Notes under the pieces: generated by a model
Databases searched by the model: none
Seen by the model: only the letters and a program-made list of their open reading frames with translations
Told to the model about the DNA's origin: nothing
Origin: Thermotogota bacterium
Lineage (GTDB): Bacteria > Bipolaricaulota > Bipolaricaulia > UBA7950 > UBA9294
Assembly (NCBI GenBank): GCA_039679545.1
Contig: JBDKUT010000114.1
Span: 1 to 16,005, forward strand
Length of the DNA: 16,005 bases
Reading direction: 5' to 3'
Shown: one piece after another, positions 15,255 to 16,005 of the stretch
Position numbering within the stretch: position 1 is the stretch's first letter
How the letters are laid out: each line of letters begins with the position of its first letter
Made by a program: the position numbers and the translations under genes

Positions 15255-15742
15255 GGCGCCACCTGGTAGGTGCCCGAGAAGGCCGCGGCTCCGCCGTGCC
15301 ACGTTCTCCACGCAAGAAGTGCTAGCCAGACCACGAACAAGCGAAGCTCAAGGGGCAGCGCCTCCGGGAGATCGAAGTGAGCCCGGCTGCTCCACACCCC
15401 CTCCGGGACCGCCGTGCCGATGACTTGGTCGCCTTCGAGCAGGCGGATCTCGCGGAACCACGCGGACGGGGAACGAAGGGCAAAGATCCGCTCACCGAAG
15501 CGAATCGAGAACGCCCTCGAGAACGCATGAAGGGGGACCGCCCTTGCTACCGGTCCGTCAAGCCGACGAAGGGCGATCGGGCCGAAGAGCCCGCCGTCGC
15601 GCCGCACGCGGTACCGAGCCCCATCCACGAGGATGTCTCCCCGCGCGAGCCACGGCGACAAACGCACGTCCCCAACGTGATGCCCGTTCTCGTCGCGCAC
15701 TTCGTAGATCGACGGCAATCCGCGCGGCTCTGCCGTCAGCAT
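15242..15742 (-). CDS. Hypothetical protein, possibly LURP-one/scramblase-like
   Basis: ATG 15742 with AGGGAGG upstream; repeated beta-hairpin-like segments and terminal LPEALPLELRLFVVWLALLAW helix. Confidence 0.65.
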   Translation of the reverse strand: MLTAEPRGLPSIYEVRDENGHHVGDVRLSPWLARGDILVDGARYRVRRDGGLFGPIALRRLDGPVARAVPLHAFSRAFSIRFGERIFALRSPSAWFREIRLLEGDQVIGTAVPEGVWSSRAHFDLPEALPLELRLFVVWLALLAWRTWHGGAAAFSGTYQVAPWRP

Positions 15743-15969
15743 GGGTGAGACCCTCCCTTGCCCCTCGACGTCGCTCTCCAGAATACACCAACCGTGGCGT
15801 CGCTCGCTCTTCTTCGCGGGGATGACGTGACGCGTCCGACACGAAGGGGCAGTATTCTTTTGCGTGGAGGTTCGATGAGGCGACTTGCGGCTACGGCCCT
15901 GCTCGCGCTGCTCAGCGCCGGGCTGTGAGCCCCGGGGTGGAGCCACTCGTCCCATCAGGAGGTGCGAAC

Positions 15970-16005
15970 GTGTCGACTTGTGCAATCATGGGTGTGGCGG
16001 TCGTC
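15970..16005 (+). CDS. Probable 5' end of a gene running off the window
   Basis: AGGAGGT (15957-15963), 6-nt spacer, GTG; reads MSTCAIMGVAVV to the edge. Confidence 0.45.
   Translation, partial: MSTCAIMGVAVV

Overview
GC-rich bacterial chromosomal window (roughly two-thirds GC by eye) with about 20 CDS and two RNA genes. Left arm, minus strand: a truncated lower-GC phage-replication-initiator-like HTH gene at the edge (absent from the ORF track), a DRG/OBG-type TGS GTPase, an ATP-cone plus uridine-kinase-like fusion, a 4-TM membrane protein and a deoxynucleoside kinase. Centre: a radical SAM (Twitch/SPASM) gene converging on a tRNA-Ser(GGA) that is followed after 1 nt by a large, Alu-domain-containing SRP RNA; divergent from these is a solo Cas4-like PD-(D/E)xK nuclease. 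Next is an IscR-like Rrf2 regulator preceding a putative envelope operon: a secreted tandem-domain protein with transcobalamin/DUF4430-like features, a MacB/FtsX permease with a GCP motif, a LolD-like ATPase, a membrane-anchored CxxxC OB-fold protein and a probable lipoprotein. This cluster is the best candidate for an undescribed system. Right arm: orphan BioF-like PLP enzyme, small membrane protein, divergent UDG-family protein, and a minus-strand operon (LURP-one-like, DUF1801-like, Cys-rich ferredoxin, SAM methyltransferase). All family calls come from motif recognition by eye; no database search was run.
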